A stretch of 64,000 nucleotides of DNA. Origin: an uncultured archaeon (GTDB lineage: Archaea; Asgardarchaeota; Lokiarchaeia; Sigyniarchaeales; SOKP01). This document shows positions 20,067 through 31,005 of this stretch, in pieces (position 1 is the first letter of the stretch; the number at the start of each line of letters is the position of its first letter). Where the stretch lies: the NCBI GenBank assembly GCA_964486045.1, contig CAZALK010000017.1, positions 32,001 through 96,000 of the forward strand, written 5' to 3'. The notes below the pieces were generated by a model. The model searched no databases. It saw nothing but the letters and a program-made list of their open reading frames with translations, and was not told the DNA's origin. Both the position numbers and the translations under genes were made by a program.

Positions 20067-21272
20067 TTACATAGTTAAAGTCTTCAAGAATTTTAGAATG
20101 ATGTCAGGATTTCTTAAGATGAATCTAATCAAAAAGGAAAATACAATTGGATTTCTTAATAATTTGAAGATAAACCTTTTTGGGAAATCCATGTCACCAT
20201 ATATATTAATCAAATACTCCAACTTGTTCGTTCTTAGTATTCTAAAAAATTTATTAAAGTCTTTTGTTGTTAATCTTTCTAATATTGCTCGTATTAAATA
20301 ATGGATTTTTAATTCTTTTCCAATTGATGATACGCAAGGGGATTCATAATATTTCTTAATTATTTTTTTGGAGAAAGTTTCATATTTAATGCACTCTTGA
20401 ATACAATTTGCCGCGTATTTTGCTGCAGTCAACAGCATAATTATTCCTCCCCCCGTTGTGGCCTTAACTTGACATGCAGAGTCTCCTAATAATAAAATGT
20501 TATCAAAAGCAAGCTTGTTCATCATACCATAGGGAATTAGACCACCTTGTTGATCTATCTTCTTTTTCAAATCTATTTTAAGTTGATTAATAAAAATCTG
20601 AAAGTTCCTTTTTGGGTTTTGAGAACTAGCTAAGCCAATTCGGAATGTTCCGTTTCCTTCTGGGACAATCCAACCGAATAATTCCTTCCATTTAGGATCA
20701 AAATACAATGCAGCTTCATTTTCATCAAAATTACCGGGAATTCGAATTTGACTCGCATATAAATTTTTATTTTTAATCCCCAATAATTTTGCAACTGAAG
20801 AAAGGGGCCCGTCACACCCAATTAACAATTTAGTTTCAAGAATTCTTGCTGAAGTCTTAACCAATAATAAATTCTTGTTATTTTCTTTAAAATATTTAAA
20901 AGACTTGAATTTTTCACCAACAAAATATTGAATATTTTCTTTATTTTGCACATTTTCATAGAAAAAACGATCAAGAGTAATTCTATCAATTATGTATGGT
21001 TCTTCATTACTTGATAATTTGATAAACTTCCCTTGAGGTATGATTATTTTTGCTACTTTTACTCGATTTAATATAACTTCTTTTGGTAATTTAATTATTT
21101 TACTTAGTTTTTGAGAGACTATTCCTGCACATTGCAGTGGTAAACCAATTTCTTTATGTTCTTCGATGACAGCAACTTTTAAATTCGTCTCAGATAATAA
21201 ATAACTCAAATAATTTCCAGCAATACTTGCTCCAACAATACAAACATCAAATTTTTCATTATTACGATCCAT
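20067..21272 (-). CDS. Geranylgeranyl reductase family FAD oxidoreductase
   Basis: DVCIVGASIAG, IGLPLQCAG, FGWIVP, GDSACQVKATTGGGI. Confidence 0.88.
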   Translation of the reverse strand: MDRNNEKFDVCIVGASIAGNYLSYLLSETNLKVAVIEEHKEIGLPLQCAGIVSQKLSKIIKLPKEVILNRVKVAKIIIPQGKFIKLSSNEEPYIIDRITLDRFFYENVQNKENIQYFVGEKFKSFKYFKENNKNLLLVKTSARILETKLLIGCDGPLSSVAKLLGIKNKNLYASQIRIPGNFDENEAALYFDPKWKELFGWIVPEGNGTFRIGLASSQNPKRNFQIFINQLKIDLKKKIDQQGGLIPYGMMNKLAFDNILLLGDSACQVKATTGGGIIMLLTAAKYAANCIQECIKYETFSKKIIKKYYESPCVSSIGKELKIHYLIRAILERLTTKDFNKFFRILRTNKLEYLINIYGDMDFPKRFIFKLLRNPIVFSFLIRFILRNPDIILKFLKTLTM

Positions 21273-21346
21273 TATGAGTTTTTATGATAATAATAAATTA
21301 GAAGTTTTGGAAAAATACCACACATAATAAAAGTGGCATAAAAACT

Positions 21347-22387
21347 TCATAAAGTAGCATAAAATTTCTTATAATAATATAATTCCTCTTTAGGTATTTC
21401 TCGATAACCTAAGGAAGTCATCATTCCATAAACAATTGCTAAGGTCATTCCCGTTACAGCAGGTACTCGGGGCGTAGAAAAATCAGTTCGAAGCATTAGA
21501 AAAGAGTTAATATTTTTTAATACATATCTAGTCTCAGGTCTCTCCTTATATAGACGTATAATTTCTTCCCGGAATTGTTTCATAAAAGATTTGTGTTCTA
21601 TTAATAATTCTTTGATATTTCTTCTTCCAGTCACAAATCCAAAATGTCCAAAACCTGCGTTTAAAGGAACTACCTCAATGAGTTTATCAAGTGTTTCCAT
21701 ATATTTTTCATGATTATAATATATTGGCATGGATGTCGGCATAGTTAATAATTTTGTTTCATGATAAATACTACCAGCGGATTCACCATATTGAATAAAA
21801 TCGATATCTCCATCTTTTATTAAAACGGGACATTGATGATCAGGAGTGTGTCCTGGAGTTTTAAATATGGCTAATTTAACTTCAGAACCATGGATGTGAA
21901 ATCGATCGATAATTTCGAGATTTTCGGCTTTATTATTAAAATTATCAATAGGTTCTATAATTTTAAAGGCTTTATCACTAATGGGTTTCATTTCACCAAC
22001 CAGGTCACCGTATGTTCTCATCCCACGCTGTAAATGAAGTTTAAAGTCATTTAACAATTCCTTTGTAATTTTATTTGTAAGAATTTTCGCATCTTTGTTA
22101 TATTTCTTAATTTTCTCATAGAGTTTGAAAATTCCACCAGCATGATCGAAGTGATGGTGAGTTGGGATGATATATTTAAACGATGAGAGTGGAATATTAT
22201 TTTTTTTTAAATATCTTAACCCATTTTTGATGTCTAATGATGATCCACAGTCTATCAATAGAGATCCATCATCAAATTCCCCGATAAAAACTGATATGGC
22301 TCTCTCGCGACCGTACGCCTTAACATCAATGTGATGAAGGTATTCATTTACTTTACCCGATTTAAGTGTTATTAAATCGTTTACCAT
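21347..22387 (-). CDS. Metallo-beta-lactamase fold hydrolase
   Basis: IDCG, THHHFDHAGG, TPGHTPDH, FGHFG. Confidence 0.9.
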   Translation of the reverse strand: MVNDLITLKSGKVNEYLHHIDVKAYGRERAISVFIGEFDDGSLLIDCGSSLDIKNGLRYLKKNNIPLSSFKYIIPTHHHFDHAGGIFKLYEKIKKYNKDAKILTNKITKELLNDFKLHLQRGMRTYGDLVGEMKPISDKAFKIIEPIDNFNNKAENLEIIDRFHIHGSEVKLAIFKTPGHTPDHQCPVLIKDGDIDFIQYGESAGSIYHETKLLTMPTSMPIYYNHEKYMETLDKLIEVVPLNAGFGHFGFVTGRRNIKELLIEHKSFMKQFREEIIRLYKERPETRYVLKNINSFLMLRTDFSTPRVPAVTGMTLAIVYGMMTSLGYREIPKEELYYYKKFYATL

Positions 22388-22461
22388 AGATGAAGTAATA
22401 AAGAACTCAATAATAATTATGTTATTATCTTAGGTACAAATTCTAATGATAAGGTAAAAAA

Positions 22462-24654
22462 TTAAAGATCCAGTTTCTGACGCCATAATTTCATATTAGT
22501 CTTTAATTCCTCTTTTTCAGGTTGATCAAGTAATTCTGTTTTGCTTTTCAAATCATTGCAAGTAGCGTGGATATTCTTTAAAACGCTATTATACCCCTTG
22601 ATTTTAACGAATTCACTTTGAAAGTTTTCTAAAGAGGAAGAAATCTCAATTCCTGTCTTATTTTCAATATTATTCATTACTTCATCGAACTGAGATGAAA
22701 GAAACGATGGAGCTGCGGCCTCAGGAATCCTTTTCTCGGGTTTTTCAGTTTCAGGTGGGATCGTTAGTGGTTTTTCATTTAAATGAACTGGTTCTAAGGT
22801 TTGAACAGGTTCACTAGAAAGTCTAGTCTTAATCTTTCTCATAATCTCCTTTCGTGCGCTTACCCAGCAGTCCTCAAGCACGGGAACGAAAATTTTAATG
22901 TGTTCTTCAATTATACTTCCAATTCCTGCAATTTCTGTCACCTTTTCCCCCCTAAACTCGGTAGTTGAAAGTACACATAGGATCACTTCTTCATAGTCTT
23001 TATTAATTCCCCATAAGTTTTGCAAAGCTCTATTTCTGTAGTCAACGTTATCCATTTGATCTAATATTTTTAATCTCGCTTCATGCTCTGCTATTCCTGG
23101 ATTAATGTGAGTAGCTATTCTAAAATTAATTCTTGAAGGTCGTGCTTTAATAGCTTCTAGATCTATATCTAAGAGATCAGGAGCGACAATTAAAACTCTC
23201 ATCTTAGCTTTTGAAATTTCATCTTTAATATGAGCTTTGGCAGCTTCAGGGGAACGTATGAACCAGATATCCTTCATAGTCAATGCACTCTTTGCCCTTT
23301 TTGACTGTTCCCAGAATTCTATTGTAGTTTTCTCACTAAGCTCTAATCTATTTAATATATCACCTAAAGTATGATCTAGAGTATCAACAATTCCTTTCGA
23401 AAAAATTTCTCGAACATTCCCAAACGATTTAAAAATATCCCCAGAAAGACCCTCAATTTTTTCTTCTGCCAAGTTAGCTGCTTTATTAAAATTGTCCATA
23501 ATCTCTGAAAATGTTTTCTCTTTTTCGTCATCTGTTTTAATGCTAATTCCCTCAATGTTTTTGACAGCATCTTCTATCGAGCTTCTTAACTTTTCAACAA
23601 ATTCAGAATCAACACCTTGAGTAAGTTTCTTTAATTCATCTGCAAATACAGTTTGACTTACACTTAATTGCACATTAAGATTGTCGGTAATATTCTTTAA
23701 TCTAGAGGCTATGACTTTTTCAATTATATCTCCTACTGCTTGTTGGATAACTCCTAATCGTAATTTCTGTAAATTGTCGGTAACAATTTTTTTAATGTCT
23801 CCAAATTGATTTCTTAACTCATTTACTTGATTTTTTATAATCTGTGATGTTTTTTGATTAAGAGAATTGAATTGTGCGGTTAAACTTCCAATTTGATCCT
23901 CTGAAATACTTTTTGTTACTTCTCCTAAACCTGAAATATCCTTTGAAATATTTTTGATTTGATCGATTGCGGTAATCGTTTCATCAAATTCTTTCTTTTG
24001 GGCTTGAATTTGAGTAAGCATCTTTTCTTTTAATTCCACCATCGCTTCACTGGAATCCTTAAGGTTTTCCATATTTTTAGCCTGAGATTTTAGTTGAGCA
24101 AAAGATTCATCTAATTGAATAGGAATCTTTGATTTAATATCAGCGATATATGTAGAAAAGTTTCTCAATTGAGCAACTAAAGCCGCATAAGGTGGTAATG
24201 CGGCATAATGAGGAGTGGCACCGATTATTTCTTTAAATAATCCTTTTTCAATGAACTTATCTACAATTTTTTTACATTCTTCTTTCGATTTACCAATTAA
24301 AATTGAAATTTCACCAAGAGAAACAGTTTCACGTCCAGTTGTCCGAAAATATAATTCAATTTCCTCATCTGTTAGCTCTATTTCACCCAGAACCTGTTTT
24401 ATTAATTCTTCCGAATATACAACTTCTTCTTCTTTTTCTGCAAAGTCTTCAACCTCAAAATTGTCGATCTCTAAATTCATGTTAATGAAAACAGTCAATT
24501 TATGTTCTGGATCACCATGTATATTTTCCCTTTTTATAGGGAATTTCATGATATCTTGATATTCTTTAACTGTTATCGGAAATTTAATTTCTGTTAAACA
24601 GAATTTACACTTAATCGGGACTTCAATTATTTCTTTGTCTTTAAATAGATACAT
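22462..24654 (-). CDS. TrmB-like regulator with an N-terminal Zn-binding module, wHTH, long coiled coil and TrmB/PLD-like domain
   Basis: CKFC...HGDPEH; LTDEEIELYF..SLGEISILIG..KGLF..YAALPP; heptad-rich centre; KAKMRVLIVAP. Confidence 0.55.
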   Translation of the reverse strand: MYLFKDKEIIEVPIKCKFCLTEIKFPITVKEYQDIMKFPIKRENIHGDPEHKLTVFINMNLEIDNFEVEDFAEKEEEVVYSEELIKQVLGEIELTDEEIELYFRTTGRETVSLGEISILIGKSKEECKKIVDKFIEKGLFKEIIGATPHYAALPPYAALVAQLRNFSTYIADIKSKIPIQLDESFAQLKSQAKNMENLKDSSEAMVELKEKMLTQIQAQKKEFDETITAIDQIKNISKDISGLGEVTKSISEDQIGSLTAQFNSLNQKTSQIIKNQVNELRNQFGDIKKIVTDNLQKLRLGVIQQAVGDIIEKVIASRLKNITDNLNVQLSVSQTVFADELKKLTQGVDSEFVEKLRSSIEDAVKNIEGISIKTDDEKEKTFSEIMDNFNKAANLAEEKIEGLSGDIFKSFGNVREIFSKGIVDTLDHTLGDILNRLELSEKTTIEFWEQSKRAKSALTMKDIWFIRSPEAAKAHIKDEISKAKMRVLIVAPDLLDIDLEAIKARPSRINFRIATHINPGIAEHEARLKILDQMDNVDYRNRALQNLWGINKDYEEVILCVLSTTEFRGEKVTEIAGIGSIIEEHIKIFVPVLEDCWVSARKEIMRKIKTRLSSEPVQTLEPVHLNEKPLTIPPETEKPEKRIPEAAAPSFLSSQFDEVMNNIENKTGIEISSSLENFQSEFVKIKGYNSVLKNIHATCNDLKSKTELLDQPEKEELKTNMKLWRQKLDL

Positions 24655-24683
24655 TTAATTTTATCCTCTCACATTTTATAAAG

Positions 24684-25937
24684 CTAAAATTCTACCTTCT
24701 CAGGGTAGGTTATCTCTAACAAGCTCAGAGCTTTCTTAGCAATTTCATATGTAATTTCGCCATCATTATCTTGGTTCTTATAAGCAGTCCGAATCTTAGG
24801 AAGGAGGTATTCTGGAAAAATTATTAAAGGCTTAATTTCTGTAAGTAGACAAATCCATTTTCGGTCATTTTTATCGATAATCTCAGTAATGATATTTAGG
24901 TCTTTCAAATCATCTAATAATAGCTCAGTAACTGCGAATTCTGAAAATATCTTTGGAATTTTGTCCAGTGGATAGTGATTATGTCGCATTAGTACAAAGA
25001 AATCGTAAGCATCAGGACTTAAGAGAAGTGAAGCTAGTTTCTTTATTTCATCTAGAGGTTGTGTATAGGGATCATAATTTGAAAAATAATCAATTACTTT
25101 TTGTCGATATATTGGATATAATTCATTTTCTGTATCCTTGAAATGATTTAATAAATTTTCATTTGGGATTCGAGCCATCATAATATCCTTTACTAAGAAT
25201 AAATATTCTCCTTGATGTTTTATTTCACCTGTTTTTCTATCTTTTTCCCCTTTTATCCAATCCCGTCTAATGATATTTAGTTCTAAAAAGGGTTGGAGAA
25301 GTATATCTACATTAATAGAAACAGCCATACTTTCTATTATTTTTTTTAAATCCCCTTTAGAAATCGGATGTTCTCGTAAAACCTCTAAGATCTTCAATCG
25401 TTCATTACTATTATAGATTAGAGCAATCTTCTGAAGTTTGTCTAAGTTAGATAATCTATCGACTTGAAAAATTGTAAATTTGATTTCATTTTTTAACCGG
25501 ATATTAATATTTTCGATTAAAGAGATCTGCTTTGAGTTTTTTGCTCGAGTCAGTTTATCAAATATAGTATCTAACCGACTTCCCATATCATTAATAAGAT
25601 CCTCGAAAATTTCAATTTCATCATCTAATTCAAAAATTGAAATTGCTAAATATTGTGTACCATCTGCTACTTGCTTAAAATATGAAATAACTTGATATGG
25701 GGTTTCCTTTAGTCTTCCTGTGTAAAAATTGGTATAACTATATTTTACCCCAAAGAGCCCGGTTGTATGTTGATAAAAGATAGCGAATATATCATTTTGG
25801 CTGAGTACCGCAGAGAAATTATCTTCGCCCAGGTTCTCATCTCTCAATATCAACTGAATTGGTTCAAATTCTGGCTCGATTTCCCCGGTCTCTTTCTGAT
25901 TTATGTTGAACTGAAATGTCAAAATACCTTGGATCAA
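24684..25937 (-). CDS. Conserved hypothetical protein (possible longin-like N-terminus and winged-helix C-terminal part)
   Basis: 417-aa ORF, TTG start with GAGGT SD, 29 nt from the next gene. Confidence 0.55.
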   Translation of the reverse strand: MIQGILTFQFNINQKETGEIEPEFEPIQLILRDENLGEDNFSAVLSQNDIFAIFYQHTTGLFGVKYSYTNFYTGRLKETPYQVISYFKQVADGTQYLAISIFELDDEIEIFEDLINDMGSRLDTIFDKLTRAKNSKQISLIENINIRLKNEIKFTIFQVDRLSNLDKLQKIALIYNSNERLKILEVLREHPISKGDLKKIIESMAVSINVDILLQPFLELNIIRRDWIKGEKDRKTGEIKHQGEYLFLVKDIMMARIPNENLLNHFKDTENELYPIYRQKVIDYFSNYDPYTQPLDEIKKLASLLLSPDAYDFFVLMRHNHYPLDKIPKIFSEFAVTELLLDDLKDLNIITEIIDKNDRKWICLLTEIKPLIIFPEYLLPKIRTAYKNQDNDGEITYEIAKKALSLLEITYPEKVEF

Positions 25938-26056
25938 ATTTAAATACCTCTAAAATTCTATAAATATCTTTTATAAGATAAAATAAATATAATTATTTCT
26001 TAAGTATTATGTATTATTATCATTTAAATAAAGTTTATTCAAATTAATACATAATA

Positions 26057-26295
26057 GTGTTTTTAGCTGAAAATTTCGGCTTGAATCATAATATTACCGT
26101 TTCCAAATACAGATGACTATTTGGATATTTCTTAAACACAAACATTTGAGATGATCATTCTAACCTTGAATTTTCACCACATTATTAATTATCATAAATC
26201 CTTCAGTTTGTTTAAATGGATATTTTATTGTTTTTCAGAGAGTTTAGAAGTATCCCAGAGTTATTAGAGAAGTGATGAAATATTAAAGAGTTCTT
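26057..26295 (+). pseudogene. Relic of a fourth paralog of the downstream surface glycoproteins
   Basis: VFLAENFGLNHNITVS (cf. LYLADNFGLNRTITVS) and GYFIVFQRV*KYPRVIREVMKY* (cf. GYIIAYQRIFKFPKAVRKVRKY), with stops and a frameshift. Confidence 0.8.
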
Positions 26296-26613
26296 GATAG
26301 GAATACTGATTCAGAAGTATTTATTATGCTTTAAATACTCTTTTTCTGTTTTATTCAGACTTATCATTTTTAACTAAAAATATGATGTATAGGTCAAAAA
26401 ATCCTCATAACTTGTTTTATTAATACAAAGAGATTAATAACAAAATTACTTCCTCTTAAGATTATACTTATAATTGTTAAATATAAAAATTAGAGTAAGT
26501 TATATTAAAATAAGTATTAGATTTCTTAATAAGAATAGAAATTAATTCAATTAATCATTTACCCAAATTTGAGGAACATTTAAATTTATTATAAAAATTG
26601 AGGTTTTAATAGA

Positions 26614-29600
26614 ATGAAGAATAAATTTTATAAAGCAAAACGGTTCTCATATTTTATTATCATCACATTCACCTTGTTAACCAATTTTTTCATAGTTAGT
26701 TTTTTCTTTAAACAAAACAAAGTAGATTTTAATCAGAATAATGAACGGAATAGTAATAATTATTTAGCACTTAAGAGTCAAGGCATTATACAGGAATTGC
26801 ATTCTGAAGAATGGTTAGACAATCCTACTTTTGAAACTCCTATAGATCCATGGTATAATACAACTCAAGGAGATGCTACAGATGTTAATTTTTCAACAAG
26901 TCAAGATCAAGCCAATTATATCATTAATGGTGAAGAATTGAAAAAAGAAGTTATCCTAAATAGTACCACTCAATCAGAATGGAGAGCTTTTAATAGAACC
27001 GAACTAGTTATTTTACCTAATCAGGGTTATGGTGATGGTGATGGATGTTATTTAGGGCATGATTGGAATGAAGATGGTGGAGGTCAACCTTATAATACAC
27101 CTCGAATGCATTGGAGAACAAATGTTAGTATGCCAGATATGTCTGATTATATAATTACTTCAGCTTCTTTTAATGCAATAATAAATGCTACTGTTAATCA
27201 AGATGTTGACACTCCAGGTGATACTCAGGCTCGTTGGGGTCCTGATAGAACTTTGAATCAATGGGTGATTTATGATTATGCTCAATTTTATGTAGAAATA
27301 AGTGATTTAGACATTAATGAATTAAATACATATAGAATTGCATTTAATCAAACCAGAAACTTAGGAAATGAGGGTCCACCCACAAATTATGAAATGGAAG
27401 GTTTCATTGATACTAAAACTGTACAAGCAATAATAGATGCCATAAATAATGTTTTAGCAGTTGATCCGGGTCATAATAATTTTACAATTGTTTTAGGAAT
27501 ATATATATATTCTGAAGATAATAATGCCAACACTGATCGTGATCAATGGGAGGATTTACGTTTCAAATCTCTTAACTTAACTTTTACTTATGAAAAAAAA
27601 ATTGATGTGAATACAGCAGCGTCTTGGAATCAAGTAGGAAATAAAATTTCAGGGAGTAATATTGATATAATAAATACTACTTTGAATTTTAAATACAAAA
27701 TCGATAAGAATTGGACAACAACTTCTCCCAATTCAGAATTTAGAATATATATAAATAATAGAGTTCATACAGAAACTGTCAAATTGAGTAATGCGAATAC
27801 GTCATTTCAAGATATAAAAGTTGGGGGATTTGATGTCTCTAATTTAATTTTAAAAGATGTTAATATAAGTCTCTCTATTCAAGTCTACATAGCAGATACT
27901 TTTGCTTTAAATCAAACATTTGTGTTATCAATCGATAATGCAAGCTTATTAATCTCTTATACTGAAACTATAATAGAAACAGAAACAAAATTAGATCTAT
28001 TCTTAGAAAGTATAAATAAAACATTAGAAAAATCTATTGAAATTACCATGGGTAAAACTGTTAATATCACGGCCAAATATAAAGATCTAGCGAATACTTT
28101 CATACAAAATGCTACAGTGCAATTAGGAGGATTGGGAGTACCGAGGGATTTGACGGAAAATGATTCTTTGGAACATTATAATGTTAGTATTCATACATCG
28201 GAATTACAGATTGGTAATAATTTCTTAACTATTTCTGCTTCCAAAACATATTATGAGTCAATTCAAATTCTGATAAATATTGAAGTAATTGAAAGAGCAA
28301 CCGATTTGCAACTTTTTTTAGATAGAAATAACCAGACTCTAGATAAATCTATCCAAATGATATATGGAAATAGTGGGAACATAACAATAACGTATAAAGA
28401 CATAGAATTGGATCCTAGTATCCATATTAGCGGCGCGATTGTTAATTTAACAGGATTAAGCACTCCAGAGATTCTAGGTGAAGATTTAATATTTGAACAG
28501 TATACTTATATTATCGATACAACTGAATTAGGTTTAGGAAATACATTTTTAACAGTTGATGCTCAAAAAGAAAATTATACTGCTCAATCCATTCGATTTA
28601 AAATTGAGGTTCAAGAAAGAACTTCTTATATTGATAAGATATTCCTAAATCAAACAGATTCTATAGCAATAGAAATTCCATGGAATGAAACTTTAAACAT
28701 CGCGATAACATACAATGATAGTGCTACTGATCTTTTTATTGACCTTGCTCTTGTACAACTTACAGGTATAGGAATTTCTGAAAACTTCACTGAAAATAAC
28801 CCGTTCAACTATTCACTAGACTTTAATTCTAACAACTTAGAATTAGGAGTTAATTTCTTGACAATTTCTGCCCAAAAAGAAAACTATACATTAGCATCTA
28901 GGATTATTACAATTACCGTTTTAGAAAGGACTACTTATTTTGATATTTATATCAATAACTCAAAGTACTTGACAACTCAATTTTACAATAGTTCTGTCGG
29001 AGAATTTTTGAATATAACAGTGTTCTATAAAGACTCTAAAACCAATGCCTTAATTGACTCCGCTGTAGTCCGACTAATTGAATCAGGAAATATCTATAAT
29101 TTAACTGAGAATTTATTATTTAATTTATATGAAGTATCACTAGAAATGGAACCAATAGGAGCAGGAGTTAAGTTCTTGACGGTATCTGCTAAAAAAGACA
29201 ATTATACACTCTTTTCAGAAGTAATATCACTAATTATTAGAGAAAAACAAACTAAAATCCAATTATTTTTAAACGGTACTCAATATTTCGATGGTGATAC
29301 AATAGAGCTTGAAGTAACAGATACATTAAACATTACAGCAAAATATCTTGATAATATTACAGATACATATCTTACTGGGGCAACAATCGATCTAATTGAT
29401 AGTGGGCAATTCAGTGAAAATCCAATCCAAGAATATTATAATATAACTATAGCTGTATTGGTTTTAGGAGAAACACTTAATAGATTATCTGTAATTGCGC
29501 AGTTAGAAAATTATCAAACAGCACTGATAGAATTCTTTATTCAAGTAATTGAAAGAAAATCTGAGGGTACGTTGATATTAAATGAAGTAAACAAAACAGC

Positions 29601-30579
29601 TGATCCATACTTAGAGCTTCCTATTGGTAGACTTTTAAATATAACTGTAAACTTTTTTGATAGTAAGACAGGAAACCACATCCCTGGAGCAACCGTGCAA
29701 TTAGATGGAGAGTTTAAGGACATTTTAATTGAAAATTCTACTTTCGAACAATATTCTCTCATTATTAACACAAATCAATTAAGTTTGGGATTAAATATAT
29801 TTACTATTATTGCTGAAAGAGCCAATTTTCAGTTATTCACAGTTCAGAAAATGTATATTAATATTAGGCGAATTAGTACCAATGTAACAACTAGGTCTGG
29901 AGAAACTACGATATCAAAAAAACCAGGTGACTTTGCAATAATAGAAGTAATACTATATAATCTAGATTTTGGTGGTACAATTAAAGGAGCATCTGTAACT
30001 TATATATGGCAATTTGAAGGAGGAAATTTAACAGATTCGGATAACGATGGTGTGTATGAAGCTACAATTAGTAATTTACGAGAAGGTACTTATATAGTAA
30101 CAATATATGCTTTTCTGGGTGAGAATTATAATTTTGAACCCATTGAGATAGTTCTGAGTGTAGTTAGAGAACCAACAGGAGACTCAGGAGTATTATTAGG
30201 GCTGTTAATTGTTGTGTCTATAGGAGCTGCAATTTTAGTAGGATATATTATTGCTTATCAACGCATCTTCAAATTTCCAAAAGCTGTTAGAAAAGTCCGA
30301 AAATATAGAAAATCGCTGAGACGTAAATCAGCCCCTAGTATACATATTATAGGGAGAGAAGATGCCTTCAAATCGCATTATAATGAAAATTTAGGTAAAT
30401 TTACCAGCGACCTAAAATTGAAACACCATCTCGGAATGGTAAAACCTTTGGAACAAAAATTTATTCTTGATAAGTCATTAGAACAAAAAATAGAACCAGA
30501 TCAACTAACTGAGAAAGCTGTTGAGAAAAAAGTTGAACTTGACAAACTGATTGATGAATCAGAAAAGGGATCACCATAA
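26614..30579 (+). CDS. Large cell-surface glycoprotein: head domain, about 7 Ig-like repeats, TM helix and basic cytoplasmic tail
   Basis: N-terminal hydrophobic helix, many NxS/T sequons, repeats of about 105 aa (L.LFL...NIT..Y.D...A.V.L), DSDNDGVYE, TM then FPKAVRKVRKY. Confidence 0.8.
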   Translation: MKNKFYKAKRFSYFIIITFTLLTNFFIVSFFFKQNKVDFNQNNERNSNNYLALKSQGIIQELHSEEWLDNPTFETPIDPWYNTTQGDATDVNFSTSQDQANYIINGEELKKEVILNSTTQSEWRAFNRTELVILPNQGYGDGDGCYLGHDWNEDGGGQPYNTPRMHWRTNVSMPDMSDYIITSASFNAIINATVNQDVDTPGDTQARWGPDRTLNQWVIYDYAQFYVEISDLDINELNTYRIAFNQTRNLGNEGPPTNYEMEGFIDTKTVQAIIDAINNVLAVDPGHNNFTIVLGIYIYSEDNNANTDRDQWEDLRFKSLNLTFTYEKKIDVNTAASWNQVGNKISGSNIDIINTTLNFKYKIDKNWTTTSPNSEFRIYINNRVHTETVKLSNANTSFQDIKVGGFDVSNLILKDVNISLSIQVYIADTFALNQTFVLSIDNASLLISYTETIIETETKLDLFLESINKTLEKSIEITMGKTVNITAKYKDLANTFIQNATVQLGGLGVPRDLTENDSLEHYNVSIHTSELQIGNNFLTISASKTYYESIQILINIEVIERATDLQLFLDRNNQTLDKSIQMIYGNSGNITITYKDIELDPSIHISGAIVNLTGLSTPEILGEDLIFEQYTYIIDTTELGLGNTFLTVDAQKENYTAQSIRFKIEVQERTSYIDKIFLNQTDSIAIEIPWNETLNIAITYNDSATDLFIDLALVQLTGIGISENFTENNPFNYSLDFNSNNLELGVNFLTISAQKENYTLASRIITITVLERTTYFDIYINNSKYLTTQFYNSSVGEFLNITVFYKDSKTNALIDSAVVRLIESGNIYNLTENLLFNLYEVSLEMEPIGAGVKFLTVSAKKDNYTLFSEVISLIIREKQTKIQLFLNGTQYFDGDTIELEVTDTLNITAKYLDNITDTYLTGATIDLIDSGQFSENPIQEYYNITIAVLVLGETLNRLSVIAQLENYQTALIEFFIQVIERKSEGTLILNEVNKTADPYLELPIGRLLNITVNFFDSKTGNHIPGATVQLDGEFKDILIENSTFEQYSLIINTNQLSLGLNIFTIIAERANFQLFTVQKMYINIRRISTNVTTRSGETTISKKPGDFAIIEVILYNLDFGGTIKGASVTYIWQFEGGNLTDSDNDGVYEATISNLREGTYIVTIYAFLGENYNFEPIEIVLSVVREPTGDSGVLLGLLIVVSIGAAILVGYIIAYQRIFKFPKAVRKVRKYRKSLRRKSAPSIHIIGREDAFKSHYNENLGKFTSDLKLKHHLGMVKPLEQKFILDKSLEQKIEPDQLTEKAVEKKVELDKLIDESEKGSP

Positions 30580-31005
30580 TCATCTGAACATTAGAAAAAA
30601 TAAATATAAACAGAGATTCATTCGTTTTAAGACTTATCGATTTCTATTAACTCCTAATAATGAAAGGAGTGTAATAATCGTATCGTAATGGAATTTCAAT
30701 AAAAAGTTTAAATACCGTAGTAACCAATGTTACTTATTTAATTGTATTTAGCCATCATATTTTTTTTGGTATAAAAAATTGTCGGTAAAAACAAAATACC
30801 TTAGGAAAAGCATCTCAATTATAGTACTAATCATTTTATCATAAGAAAACTGTAATTTAATTTATATATTATGATTTCCTAATGAATTTCATATAGGAAT
30901 ATCTTTCAAATATATTTAAGGCAAAGTGGCAAATTATTTATTAAATAATTTGGTATATAACCTTAAACACAAGTTTTTAATTAAAAGCTCAATGAAAACC
31001 CAATT

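Noticed and set aside
30580-31005. Short inverted repeats (ACTCCT/AGGAGT, AGTAAC/GTTACT) between the surface-protein genes
   Set aside because: 6-bp stems are expected by chance; no tRNA fold, invertible-switch or recombinase evidence.
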